A stretch of 63,880 bases of DNA, filler included, from Intoshia linei (GCA_001642005.1; 6 parts of 6 records of this genome joined end to end with filler, not necessarily neighbours in it); one strand, 5' to 3'. Positions 11,329 through 23,584 are shown, counted from the whole stretch's first letter. A program made the numbers and translations. Notes: generated by a model from the sequence alone, not told the origin.

Positions 11329-14014
11329 ATGAGTAAAGAATCAAATTACTATACATGGAATGTAGAAGATGAAGTTAAATTGAGAGACGATGACACAAAA
11401 TTGGTGGTATACACAATACCTCAACTTTTGATGAATACAGTGAATAACGACGCGAAAAGTCCGTATGCGTTAAGAATGCAAAAAGATATTGGCGAAGCAT
11501 GGAATTACATGTCATACAGTGATTATCAATCAAATTCGTTAAAAGTTGCCAGGTCTTTAATCCACCTTGGATTAGAAGAGAGCGAAGGTGTAGCAATCAT
11601 TGGTTTTAACCATATTTCTTGGCATTTAGCGTTTATGGGTGCTATTCACGCAGGTGGTATAGGGATAGGAGTATACACAACAAATGCGCCTGAAGTTAAT
11701 ATGCATTGTTTAAACCTCGGTAATTGCAGCATAATCTTTGTAGAAGATATAAATCAATTAAAAAAGATAAGAGAAATTAGAGAAAAGTTGAACAATCTCA
11801 AGGCAATAATAATGTTTATGGGTGCACCTGATGTCGAATTGGATAATAATGTAAATGAATACAATTGGATTCAATTTATAGAAATGGGCGATTCAATTGA
11901 AATTAAAAAAATTTTAGAAAAAAGAATCATGAATTTGAAAGCAAACAAATGTTGCAGCATTGTCTTTACTAGCGGTACAACGGGATTTCCTAAAGCTGTC
12001 ATGTTAAGTCATGATAATTTGGTTTGGACAGCAAAAGCTTTTAGCAATGAAGTTGCAAAAGAAATTAATATCAGTTATGGAAATGAACGACTAGTTTCTT
12101 ATTTACCATTGTCGCACATTGCCGCCCAAATTTTGGACATAATTGCTCCAATTTTGTTTGGATCTACTATTTATTTCGCTCAACCAAGTGCTCTTAAAGG
12201 AACATTGGGGTTGACATTAAATGAAGTTGAACCAACTTTATTTTTAGGTGTTCCAAGAGTTTACGAAAAAATCAATGAAAAAATTATGGAAAAATCAATT
12301 TCTAATCCTACAATCTTGAGAAAAATTGGTAGATGGGCTAAAAGACAAGGATACAAACAAAATATTACACATCCAGACAATATCGACGTTTCTCTTAGTT
12401 TCAAAATTGCTGAAAAAGTAGTTTTTAAAAAACTTTTGAAAGCATTGGGCCTAGAAAAATGCAAATATATATTTTATGGAGCAGCTCCGATGAGTGAAAA
12501 AACAATGCAATTTTTCTTGTGTTTGAACATAAAAATATACGGTATATTTGGCATGTCTGAAACAACTGGACCACAAACTGTTATGCCAAAATCACTATTT
12601 AGTCCAATTAATGTTGGAATACCCTATTTTGGTACCAAAATTAGAATTGATGAAACAAACAAGGAACTACAAATCTATGGGAGAAACATCTTTATGGGTT
12701 ACAAAGACAACCCTGAAAAAACAGTTGCAACGTTTACGGATGATTTTTATTTAAAGAGTGGAGATCAAGGTGCACTCGACGAAAAAGGTTTTCTATCGAT
12801 TATTGGAAGAATTAAAGGTAACCATTATATTTTAATTATTATAGTGTTGTTTCATGACTAAAACAACAAATTGGGTTTTCATATTAATATTTTAAATATC
12901 TAAAAGCACATTACCATATTCTTCATCATAATTTTTCAAATTATTACATTACTCCATTGAGACCATAGTAAAATATTACAATGTTCAGTAATACAATATA
13001 TAAACAGAGGCGTGTTAACTAATTAATTAATTTTAAATGATATCAAATATTTATAAAGAGGCGTGGTAAATAGATAGTTAACTAAATAGCGTCGATAATT
13101 TGTTTACATTTAAGAGAGAAAATAGATAGTTGACATCAAAATAAAATTTAAATGAAAATTAATTATCATCACATTTCTAGAAACGTGAATTCAAAAAAGT
13201 TACGTTTCAATCTCTGAAATTAAAATTTCACTTTTTATAGCAATAATATAAGTATTGTAACTATCGATTTTAAAATTTAATTTAAATTCATATTTATTGT
13301 ATTTTAACTATCGATTTTAAAATTTAATACATTTCTCAGAGTTTTTTGTTTATTTATGAATTTATTTTGAAATTTGATTTTTTTTAAATTGGAGTTATTT
13401 AAAAATACATTGTAAATACCGCTTCGACGGGTTAGCTAGTATTTATGCACAGTCAAAAATTTATTTACCAAAATAGTTTTTAGAACACTATGACCATAAA
13501 AATGTGTCGTCAAGTCGTAATGTCTATTTACAAGAATCAATTTTAATTTAACTATTTAGATTTGATAATTACTGCTGGCGGTGAAAATATTGCTACAGGT
13601 TATATTGAAAACAATATAATCAATGAATTGCCAATCATTAGTAATGTTGTGATTATTGGTGATAAACGAAAGTATTTGTCCAGTTTGTTGACTTTTAAAT
13701 CTGTTGTTGATGTTGAATCTATGAAACCAAAAAACCAATTAACCGCAGAAGCTATCGATTGGTTAAAATCAATTGGTTCTCGTTCAACTACTGTCAGGGA
13801 AGCCATGATTGATGAAATTGTCTTGCAAGAAATTCAAGCTGGTGTTACTAGAGCAAATTTAAAAGCAATCAATAAACCATCTATGGTTAAAAAATGGGCA
13901 ATCGTTCCAAGAGATTTTAGTTTACCATTTGGTGAATTAGGTCCAACAATGAAACTAAAGAAACACGTAGTTTATGAAATGTATGATACTTTAATTGAAA
14001 ACATGTATCAGTAA
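11329..14014 (+). CDS. ACSBG2: Long-chain fatty acid-CoA ligase, bubblegum (ACSBG) family; exons 11329-12817 and 13560-14014
   Basis: AMP-binding motif FTSGTTGFPKAVMLSHDN, plus VSYLPLSHIAAQ, GVPRVYEK and GMSETTGP. GRIK^DLIITAGGENI is joined across a GT-AG intron. C-terminal DFSLPFGELGPTMKLK is typical of ACSBG. Paralog number is uncertain. Confidence 0.92.
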
Positions 14015-14978
14015 TGTTTATTTTCTAAATAAATTGTATATAGTTGGTTCATTTTTATTTTATTATATTCTTTAATTGTTACTATAAAGTAAACATCTGA
14101 ATGAAAAAAGGTTATGCCTCATTCAAAGATATTTATATAATGTTTTCTATTGTATATGAATTCCAGAATCATCATTTCCATATAAATGTATATACTGTTG
14201 TTTCTGTGTTACAATTTATTTATCTTTTTTAATACAAATTTTCGAGGGGCATGTTTTAATCAAGTTACAGAAATTAAGTATTTATTCCATTAATTATTTG
14301 AATTGACCACACTAATGTCATTTTATATTCAATTTACACATATTTTCATCGAATGACACAATCTTTAATCATATAAAGGTTTAATTTTTTCTATAAGGCT
14401 TTTTACATCTTTTTGAGTTGATTATATGTTAGTAAAACAAAACAATTTGTGTCAAAATACGTATATTTAAACGTGTATTCTAGTTCCTGTTTTCTAACGT
14501 TTTTATTGCATATTATTCGTATTAGTATAAAATGGAAAATCTAGTTTTGAAACACAAACCGATCTGGTACGATTCGAAGATTATGCCATGAAGTACAAAT
14601 TTAAATTTTCATGTACAGCAACCAATTTAATCCTAACATGATCATTAAATTTCAATATTAACGCTATCCAAATACGAATTGGGGACATTCGCATTTTTGA
14701 CCATTTTGCAGAACTATTATCATTAAAAAACACAATAAAATTAAAAATTTAATAATAAATTTCAGTTCAAAATTAAACGTTTATTTCAAAATATAATATT
14801 AGGTCATTTTTTTAGAAATATTATTAAAACAAACGTTGTATACGTTTTTTAATTAATTTTTCATGTAATTCGGTGAAATATTTTCGTAAGTACATAATTT
14901 TATAAAAACTTTAAAGCCGTTATGTTTACTTTATTTACTTTATTTACATTACCTTCATATATAATTTATATTTACGAA

Positions 14979-17091
14979 ATGATAAAAAATCCATGCAAGA
15001 GATCATTATCAGAAAACAACAAAGAAAGGTTCAGAATAATGATAATCAGTCTAACACTATTTAAACCAAAGTATATGAGACTCATCGATAATATGTACCC
15101 CAAAAAAATTGTAAATTCTGAGGTACAAAAAAAGTATAGATTAAAAATAATTATATAAAATCAGTACACTATCATCAAATCTGCACTGGAAAAACTAACA
15201 ATGTACTCAATGCAACAACCCCAAAAGGTAAATTTCACGAAAATAATTTAATGAGATGTTAATCTTAATAACTCAACTATGTAACCTAACACAAAGTGCT
15301 AATATGTTGTTTAGCTTAATAGAATCAGTCGATATCTATTGTACAAGACCATATCAAATTTAAAATGTAATGATAATTTCGATGTTGCGTGTGTTTCAAT
15401 TGATGCAATCGATCATTTACTCAACGCTTCTAGTTCATCTGCAAATTTAGTTGTATTTGTTGAAAACTATCTACAAATTCTTCGAGAAATGATTTCAAAA
15501 GATGATGATTTATTGTTAAAACGTGTAGTGCAATCGGTAAATACATTTATATTTATTGACTGATATGGGTTAACCTGTTGTTTACCGCGTTTTTGTTATA
15601 ATTGATTCAAAAATCTATATTATTGGGTGTTTTTTTACATTGTATTGTTAATAAAAATTTTTTGTTATGTCAAACTAAATATAGTTGAAGGCATATTCGT
15701 TTATTGAAACTGAATTAAAAGCAGATCAATCCTATCAATACTTTATATTTACATTTTGTATAAAAATGAAAAATGTTTCTGCCCAATCAACTATAACATG
15801 TCTTGAATTTGAAGAATATAATACGAATTACTCAATGTATAACATCCAATATGCGTAATTATTTAATTTTTTTACCATCGAAAAAATATTAGATTAATGA
15901 ATGTGATAATTCAATTGATATCAATACAGTATATTATATTTTAGTGAAAGATTATACAATTTAGCTATTGGAATTGAAGCTATTATACACAAAGTATCGC
16001 CATATTACTTGGTCAATAAATCCAATGCGTTGGAAAGCATAGTTTTTGCATTAACATCAAAGATTTATGAATACGAAACTATAAAAAATATTAAATTAAG
16101 AAATATTAGTCGAATTAGACAATTACGTAGTACTAACAATTCTGTTCAATGTTCAACTGAAAATAACCAACTAAAACTACTCATAAAATCGATATCTTTC
16201 AGTTTAACAGATGATGATAAATTATTAAATACATCTTCCGAAGATAATTTGATTAATAAATTAGAAAAATGTTGCAACATCTTTGATTATCTTGCAAAAA
16301 AATGTTCTTCAATCAATATTGAATTATTCTTAAAATATATTGAAAAGTAATGCATTTAATATATTATAGTAATTGCTGTGAACGGTTTCAGTGATTTTAT
16401 TTTACTTTTTTTCAGTTACATTATTATCCAGAAAAATTTATAATTACACATGATTATGCTGATCATTTGTCAATTACCATTTTAATATACAGTAACCTCT
16501 CTCTACACCAGTGGTTCTTAAAGTGGTCCACAAGAAAAATTTCAAATAAAATGAAATAATCTTTTTTTAACAATAATAATAATACATTAGAATTGTATCG
16601 ATTATTTATTATTATAGACGCTTTCAATCGTTAAGACTATGTTTTCAGTAATAAGGTTATGTTTGCAATCGATAGAAGTATGTTTACTCCTACTCCTATA
16701 TAAAAATATGCTCCTATCGATTGAAAACATACCTTATTGCTGAAAACGTCTATATTATTAGTAAACGTAAACATTTAATCAAAATGAAGTGAAAATTTAC
16801 TGAATAACGTAAATAATTTTCACGTGCGTTAAATTTAATCTATACAACGATTTAACTTAGTTCGATTGTAGTTTCCGAATATAAACCTAGCGACCCCGTC
16901 GCGACTTCAAAAATGAAAAATAGCCCTGTAGTGATGACATTGATCACTATGAAGATTTACTTGTTTATATTGATAGTTCACGCGTATTGAATTTATATTA
17001 AATTATTGTTATTGTAAAGGCTCTTTAAATTATCCTTCTACAACAAACATTTCAGTAATCATTACAAATTTAATATAAATAATAATGGAAA
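14979..17091 (+). CDS. EFR3: EFR3 homolog (PI4KIIIalpha complex membrane anchor), 5' part, cut at the contig end
   Basis: Spliced KPKYMRLIDNMYP../..SALEKLTMYSMQQPQK/LNRISRYL..VSIDAIDHLLNAS..VFVENYLQILREMI../LKAYSFIETE..YQYFI parallels EFR3 RPRYKRLVDNIFP..MEKLTFYA..PEKLDRIG.YL..AMEALDQLL.AC..PFVES.L. Confidence 0.8.
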
Positions 17092-17191
17092 NNNNNNNNN
17101 NNNNNNNNNNNNNNNNNNNNNNNNNNNNNNNNNNNTTAATTAATTAANNNNNNNNNNNNNNNNNNNNNNNNNNNNNNNNNNNNNNNNNNNN
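17092..17191. other. Artificial contig spacer (44 N + TTAATTAATTAA + 44 N)
   Basis: 100-nt block repeated identically five times; the core contains stop codons in all six frames. Confidence 0.97.
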
Positions 17192-17285
17192 CCGACCTCA
17201 ACAAAATGGTCAAAACAACAACGGACCTCAACAAAATGGTCAAAATAACAACCGATTTCAACAAAATGGTCAAAACAACAACGGA
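17192..17285 (+). repeat. 30-bp coding tandem repeat (three or more units, cut by the gap)
   Basis: Unit approximately (C/G)GACCTCAACAAAATGGTCAAAACAACAAC. Confidence 0.9.
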
Positions 17286-18022
17286 TCACAAGATAATACA
17301 TCAATTCCAAATTTCTTTGATTTAGAAATGGTATGTTTTGTTAAAATGTATATAGTAACTACCAGTGGCGACTCTCCAAATCGGGCTACTCCGGCAAAGC
17401 CCGAGTTGATATTTTTTGAAAAATTAGAAAAATATTAAAAAAAATAGTTAAACAAATAGCCCGAGTGATCTCGATTAGCCAGAGTCGCCACTGGTAACTA
17501 CCAACATTCTTCTTCATTTATTAATTTTTCCACTCTACTACTGTAGACTCTACACATTTATAAATATATAATACATATTATATACTATTATTATATTATA
17601 TATGATTGCAGTATATACAAATTTATTGGGGTAAACACATTTTTATTATAGCTGGGATGCTAGATGTATTAGGGGAGTGTTTCCCAAATGCGGGGGTTGG
17701 TCCCACCAGGGGTCTACAGAGTCTGAGGGGACGGCAGATTTAAGAAAAATTACTTTAATTGTATATTTAACAGACGCATATTATAAATTACAGTATGTGA
17801 AGATAATTATATTGAAATATATACTTTGTTTAGAACCATAATAACGACCAAGATAATATGGAATATGATCAAGATTTTGATCTATATTATAATTTTGATG
17901 GTTATCAAGATGATGTAGTACATGATGATGAGGATGATACTCAAGACAATGAACTTGACGACGAAACAAACGATCAAGATGATATTATAAATGAATTGAT
18001 AAAAACATACAGATTAATATAA
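17192..18022 (+). CDS. 3' end of an orphan protein with Q/N-rich 10-aa repeats and an acidic tail; exons <17192-17330 and 17834-18022
   Basis: RPQQNGQNNN GPQQNGQNNN RFQQNGQNNN GSQDNTSIPNFFDLEM, donor GTATGT, acceptor TTTAG, then NHNNDQDNMEYDQDFDLYYNFDGYQDDVVHDDEDDTQDNELDDETNDQDDIINELIKTYRLI*. Splice phases are compatible. Confidence 0.65.
17363..17493. mobile_element. 131-bp hAT MITE with a perfect 8-bp TSD
   Basis: TIRs CAGTGGCGACTCT...AGAGTCGCCACTG; TSD GTAACTAC at 17355-17362 and 17494-17501. Confidence 0.9.
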
Positions 18023-18321
18023 TTTCAAGTTATGATTTTAACTCTTTATATAGTTAGTTATTAGCATTATTATAATCCATTTAACATTAAACATTTATCT
18101 TTTAATTTTTTTGTATGAAAAAATTAAATTTCATGGGTTCCTCATGTAATTAATTTCATTTCAAAAGTCGTAGTAAAAATTTTTAAAGTAAATAATCTTA
18201 GATATATTTTCTTTAAGTCAACAATCCAATAGATAATAGTCATGAAAACAACGACTAGGTAAGTTTTTAATTACCATTTGGCAAATAAATTTTATATAAT
18301 ATCCCACACCTAAAAATCCAA

Positions 18322-18683
18322 ATGAATCACGACAAAAACATACTAGTTACCGAAATTGAAATAAACCCCATTGAATTTAGTTCGGAAGAAAGCATTTCAA
18401 GTATTTTTAAAAATTTAAATATTTATTTTTTTATAAAATAAAATTTAAAAATAGTGCCATCTGAGAAACATTCGTTATTGCCACATAACTGTAGTGTTAT
18501 TTTAAATCAAAGTGAAAATGTACCAATGTCGACAAAATATAAATGTAATGATAGTCTACTAGCCGTGATTTTTTTGATTGTACTCGGAACGAGTAAATTT
18601 TATCTTTTAATTTTCTAATAGTGTGTTTAGCAATTATTAATATTGTTCATTTCATTTATATTTTATCTGTAATGTCAGATTAA
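18322..18683 (+). CDS. Putative small orphan protein with a C-terminal transmembrane segment
   Basis: Three blocks separated by short GT-AG introns: MNHDKNILVTEIEINPIEFSSEESIS / PSEKHSLLPHNCSVILNQSENVPMSTKYKCNDSLLAVIFLIVLGT / CLAIINIVHFIYILSVMSD*. The start is uncertain. Confidence 0.4.
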
Positions 18684-18804
18684 ATTTTAAACATGATTAG
18701 TAAAATTATAAATATTAGTATTCTATGTACGAGTTGACAGTATTAAATTGCAGGTTACATAAAGATTCCAACAAAAATTAACAAATGTATTAAATTCAAG
18801 TACA

Positions 18805-20135
18805 TCCTAACTTATGATATATACCTAACACTATGATATGCTACGCGATTTTTGTTTGTGTGTGTTCTACTTTATTGAAATAACTACTAGTCTTAAAATT
18901 TTATAAAGATCACATTTCAATTATAGTTTTTTCCGGGGGATATAATAAGATAAATTTCAACCTCCCAATTTCACATCTCACGGGTCAAAAACCCCAGTTG
19001 TCCCTCTTTTTCAAAATCAAACGAGTTGGAGAATTTATAAAAATACATACGCGGATACGGATTTTAAAATCATAAACATTATCATAAATTTAAAAAATTA
19101 CATATTCAAGGCCAAAACACCAAATTACCCTTCTTTTTTTAATGAAAACAGCCCTAGAATTTCAAAAAATTTACAATTTGTACAGTTGTATCCTGTTAAC
19201 ACACATAGAAAATTTCAATAAGTGACGACTTCACGGTCAAAAAAGCATTTTAGTATTCATATTTTATTAAAACAAAAAATGTGAAATAATTAACCGTTCA
19301 AAAATTAAAAAATATGATTATTCCAGTTGATATAAATACAAAAGTTCAACCCGAGAAATCTACGCATTCCCAATATAAAATAATTTTTAATATATTATTG
19401 ACCAATATTTTTCAAATATTTCGATTAAAATAAAAATATGTATCCTACAATTTCAAAAAAAATGTGCATTGTACATCTACACCAGTATTTCCCAACCTTT
19501 TAAGTGTCATGCTCCACTTTTATCCTTACGAAATTTCTACGCCCCACCATAATTTATAACAAATATTTCCATGTGGTGTCTTAAAAGATTTTTTTATGTT
19601 TATATATTACTGCGCAAAAAACTGGGGAAAATTAAAATTTAATATACCTTAATATAATATACAATAAACCGCATTAATTTGTAATTTTTGAGTTTATTGT
19701 AAACATTTTTAGTCTATCAAAAATATGCGAATTTACCAAAGTTTAGTTTATTTAGTTATCATTGCTGTAACTTTACCTGGTAAAGTTTACCACTGTGTTT
19801 CAATAGTAGTTATAAGTTATAACTTTAAAGTTAAATGTGATAAATTCCTGATATAAATGTGATGTGGTCAATGATCACTGATCATCATTGTAATCAAAAA
19901 CGCATGTAAAAATACCTCTAAAAAATATATAAATTTTAATAAAAATTGAGCTTATTAATGAATTTGTAACAATAGAAAATCATTGATAACTAATCAATTA
20001 TTTTGCTTTCTAAAATTTTTAAAGCTCAACCAAATATTCACAAGCCCCACGTTGGGAATCACTGGTCTACACATTTCCAATAAAGAAATATGGGTGAAAA
20101 ACTATATAATTCATTCTTTCGGAATTTTTTTCATC
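18805..20135 (+). mobile_element. Helitron-like copy interrupted by a hAT MITE
   Basis: Same 5' motif and body as the 22375 copy; family sequence resumes after 20072. Confidence 0.65.
19483..20064. mobile_element. hAT (Charlie-like) MITE nested in the Helitron-like copy
   Basis: Ends CAGTATTTCCCAAC...GTTGGGAATCACTG; flanks ATCTACAC/GTCTACAC. Confidence 0.8.
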
Positions 20136-20397
20136 TTAAAATTAATCATTCAATCAATAATTTATTAAAAACAATTTTTATAACAAATTAAATTAATAAA
20201 TAAAAGAATGTACAATAATATACTCTTTGACCTAAAAAAAAGATAAATATAGACGTGTTTATATATAATGTAAAGTATCCTCTATAAGAAAATTTAGTAG
20301 AGAATGCAATATTATAATTATTTTTCATTGATATATGAAGTATATATTGAAGTGGTTCATACACAAAGATACAAATAAAATTAAATTTACAAAATAG

Positions 20398-22198
20398 CTA
20401 GAATCGAATAGTCATGGAATGTTCGTCTTCGTTAAAAGTTGGTTCAACTAATTTGGTTGTAGTACTTACGTTGGAAATTTTTATTGAACTAAAAATAAAT
20501 AAAATATAATATGATTTAAAATTAAAATGTATATGATTCACATGTTAAGGCGTATATTCCATGCCTTAAAAAGTGTTTATATTCCCATACAAGTGAAACC
20601 CTTTAAATCAGTTTAAAATTGATTATGCACCCCGGTTAAGAACCACTGCTTTAAATGTAAAGTTAGATAAAATATTAAGATTTTTAGGAATATTTTTAAA
20701 ATTTAATTTAACTAAAAATACTATTAGTGGCAAATACAAGGATAGAGTCGTGCGACCAGAAGTACGACTTTTGGCACTGTTCCAAAGTCGTACTTTCGAC
20801 GTACTTTTCAAAACTAAATAAGCTTATAAATTGAAATTTAACTTAGATGTTCATTTTTCTAATGAAAAATTAATGTAATACATATTTTGTTTCTAAGCAA
20901 TAAAAATACTAGTTTCAATACGACAAAAATATGGTCAGCCTAGATAGAGCCATATGACAGACCCAACAACAACAAAGTCTAATTTTTCTACTCTGGCAGG
21001 GTAACTCTAAAAAAATAAAAGTTTCGCTACACTGAATTAACCCTTTCACTGTCTGTGTATTCTATACTATACACAGCATAATTTTGAAAAACTTTATTCT
21101 TTTATTTTCATACATTTTTACATAGGTAATTTAAAAATAATATAAGTTTAAATTAAAACATAAATTCCAGACGTGTGGTGATGGATCATAAAATAGTATT
21201 AGACAGTGAAAGGGTTAAACAATGGACAAAATAACCAATATTTTTTTAATGTGTACAGGGGGTCTACAATTTTTTGATCTGACCGGATCCACTGTTAACT
21301 TTCCACAATCCTATCTACACTAATAACTCAAATTTTGTCAAGAATTAACGAATTCACTTAAAGTTAGAGAATAATGTACCTTTTAACTTGAAAGTTCAAA
21401 GTTTTGAAAAAAATTTTTTTTCCTTTGATAAATACCAAAACTGAAAAAGGGTTCAAATTTAAAACACACATTTTGTTATAAAAAAAGTTATGATTTATAT
21501 CAAAAACAACTGCATCATAAATTTTAACAATTCTAATTGAAATCACAAAATGACAATTTGAAAAAACTGTTTTAAATAATTTCAACTTTTTAGGACCTCG
21601 TGAGAATTTAGGACGCCTTTCGATTGAGACACCATGAGATAAAACATGAATAGCCTCAACTACATAAACATTGAGTAATTTAAATTATAATGAAACAAAC
21701 CTGGTGGCAGATTGTTTATCTGCAGTAAATGGAGGTGGAGGTGTTTCTACAAAACTTAAAATTTCTAAAAAATTATATTTAAAAAAAAACAAAAAAAGTA
21801 CTGTTACTTTCTTGTTTAATTTTAATGGAAGTAGTAATAGAATAACGTTTCAAATCCTTTTTAGTAGAATTTCTTTTTAACACTAAATAAATACAATGAT
21901 GCAAGTAAATCACGAAATAGTGATATACAACGCTTACCTTTAATAGTGGGTTCACAGGTAAAGACAAATTTTGATAGAAAAGACGTAAATCTTTTTTCGT
22001 AAAAAGTTGGTTCAGTTACAGAGATTGATTTCTTTTAAAATTCAATATTTAGACACTAAAAATATTACCCCATCAAATAAAATTGACTTGAATCCGTGTT
22101 CCAATTTTTTTGAGGCACGATAATTTTGTAATATATCAATTAGTCCCATATAAATTGTTACTTTATCATCATCAATAGTTCCTTCAATTGGTCCATCT
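20398..22198 (-). CDS. Phosphatidylinositol-4-phosphate 5-kinase type I, 3' exons only
   Basis: VTIYMGLIDILQNYRASKKLEHGFKSILFDG/KSISVTEPTFYEKRFTSFLSKFVF matches the PIP5K1 C-lobe motif GIIDILQSY...KKLEH..K....DG..SV..P..Y..RF. Later exons end ...EDEHSMTIRF*. Confidence 0.85.
21041..21214. mobile_element. piggyBac-type MITE (174 bp) in a PIP5K intron
   Basis: TTAA|CCCTTTCACTGTCT...AGACAGTGAAAGGG|TTAA. Confidence 0.88.
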
Positions 22199-22374
22199 CT
22201 ATTTTATAAAAATAATGTAAATTTTAGTTTATGTAAAGTTTGAGGGTTTAAACATTAAACATTAAGTAAAAAATCTAATTTTACAAAATATTTAGAGAAA
22301 AGCTATTAAATTATATCTTTTTCGTGGCATCATTTTACATTAAACAGTCAAAATATGTTTTGATCTTGTTATAA

Positions 22375-23223
22375 TCCTAACTTATATAATATGCTACGCG
22401 ATTTTTGTTTGTGTGTGTCTGTGTGTTCAGCTTTATTTAAATAACTACCTGTCTTAGCATTTTATAAAATCCACATTCAAATAAAAATTTTTTCCGGGAC
22501 GTATATAAGATAAATTTCAACCTCCCAAACTCACATCGTACGGGTCAAAAACCGCAATTGTCCCTCTTTTTGAAAATCAAACAAGTTGAAAAATTTAAAA
22601 AAATATATACGGTAATACGGATTTTAAAATCATAAATTTAAATTTAAAAAAAATTACAGGTTGTACAGTTATATCCTGTATACACAGAAAATTTCAATCC
22701 GAATAAGTGACGACTTCACAGTCAAAAAAGCATTTTAGTATTTATATTTTTTTTTTTCGAAATATTTTATTAAAACACAAAATGTGAAATAATTAACGGT
22801 AACTGAATATATATCATTACATTGAAAATGAAAAACGGTTTTTATAATTTTATTTTTTATGGAATTTATGCTATTTATGACAATTTTTAGGATTGAACTG
22901 ATTTTACTTTATTTTTAATATTATACACACATTCTGTCTAATAAATTAAAAAAATGGGATAACAATTATTTTAAAAATTCTTTAGGTAAATGTTAACAAA
23001 CAAAAAATTTAGATAAAATAATTCCCTTTAAAGTAAAAAGTAATGTGATATAATGGTTCCACCTGACACAAATTTGGGAACCACTTCTTTAAAGGATTGA
23101 TAATAGTGAATAGTAGGATTTTTAAGTTAGATTTTCAACATGAATTTATTTTTTTGGTATAATAAAAGAGTGCCCTCAGCAGAGCTAGGTGTTGTTTGTA
23201 CGTAGTACATAACAGTCACCTAG
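22375..23223 (+). mobile_element. Helitron-like non-autonomous element with both ends present
   Basis: A|TCCTAACTTATATAA 5' end followed by a (TG)n/GTCT microsatellite; 3' end ...CATAACAGTCACCTAG|T; no TIR or TSD; inserted between A and T. Confidence 0.7.
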
Positions 23224-23483
23224 TAATATATAAGAATGATATTGATTACTATATTAGATCTAATAAATCCAATTTTTGGAAAATTTTGGAATATTTGTTA
23301 TACTATCTAGACCAGCGACTCTCAAAATAGGTTTCGCTTAGCAGTTTAAAATCTACCAAACAATTTGGACTTATTTACCATATTCTATTGGGTTCATCGA
23401 AACAATAACAGTATTACAGTAGACACTCGAAAAGTGACCACTTTTTAAGACAATATAACAAATCCATACTAATATAAATAAAT

Positions 23484-23583
23484 NNNNNNNNNNNNNNNNN
23501 NNNNNNNNNNNNNNNNNNNNNNNNNNNTTAATTAATTAANNNNNNNNNNNNNNNNNNNNNNNNNNNNNNNNNNNNNNNNNNNN
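23484..23583. other. Artificial contig spacer
   Basis: 44 N + TTAATTAATTAA + 44 N. Confidence 0.97.
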
Positions 23584-23584
23584 A

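Noticed and set aside
13415-13441. CCGCTTCGACGGGTTAGCTAGT resembling a Helitron 3' hairpin end in the ACSBG intron
   Set aside because: Weak stem, and no matching 5' end or second copy in the window.
11375-13806. Antisense and alternate-frame ORFs over ACSBG (and similar ones over USPL1 and PLXDC)
   Set aside because: Shadow ORFs of real exons with no independent motifs.
17136-17147. TTAATTAATTAA recurring five times as a biological motif
   Set aside because: Always embedded in fixed-length N runs; it is an assembly linker.
14979-22198. EFR3 and PIP5K close together, suggesting a PI4P/PIP2 pathway cluster
   Set aside because: They are on different contigs separated by an artificial spacer.
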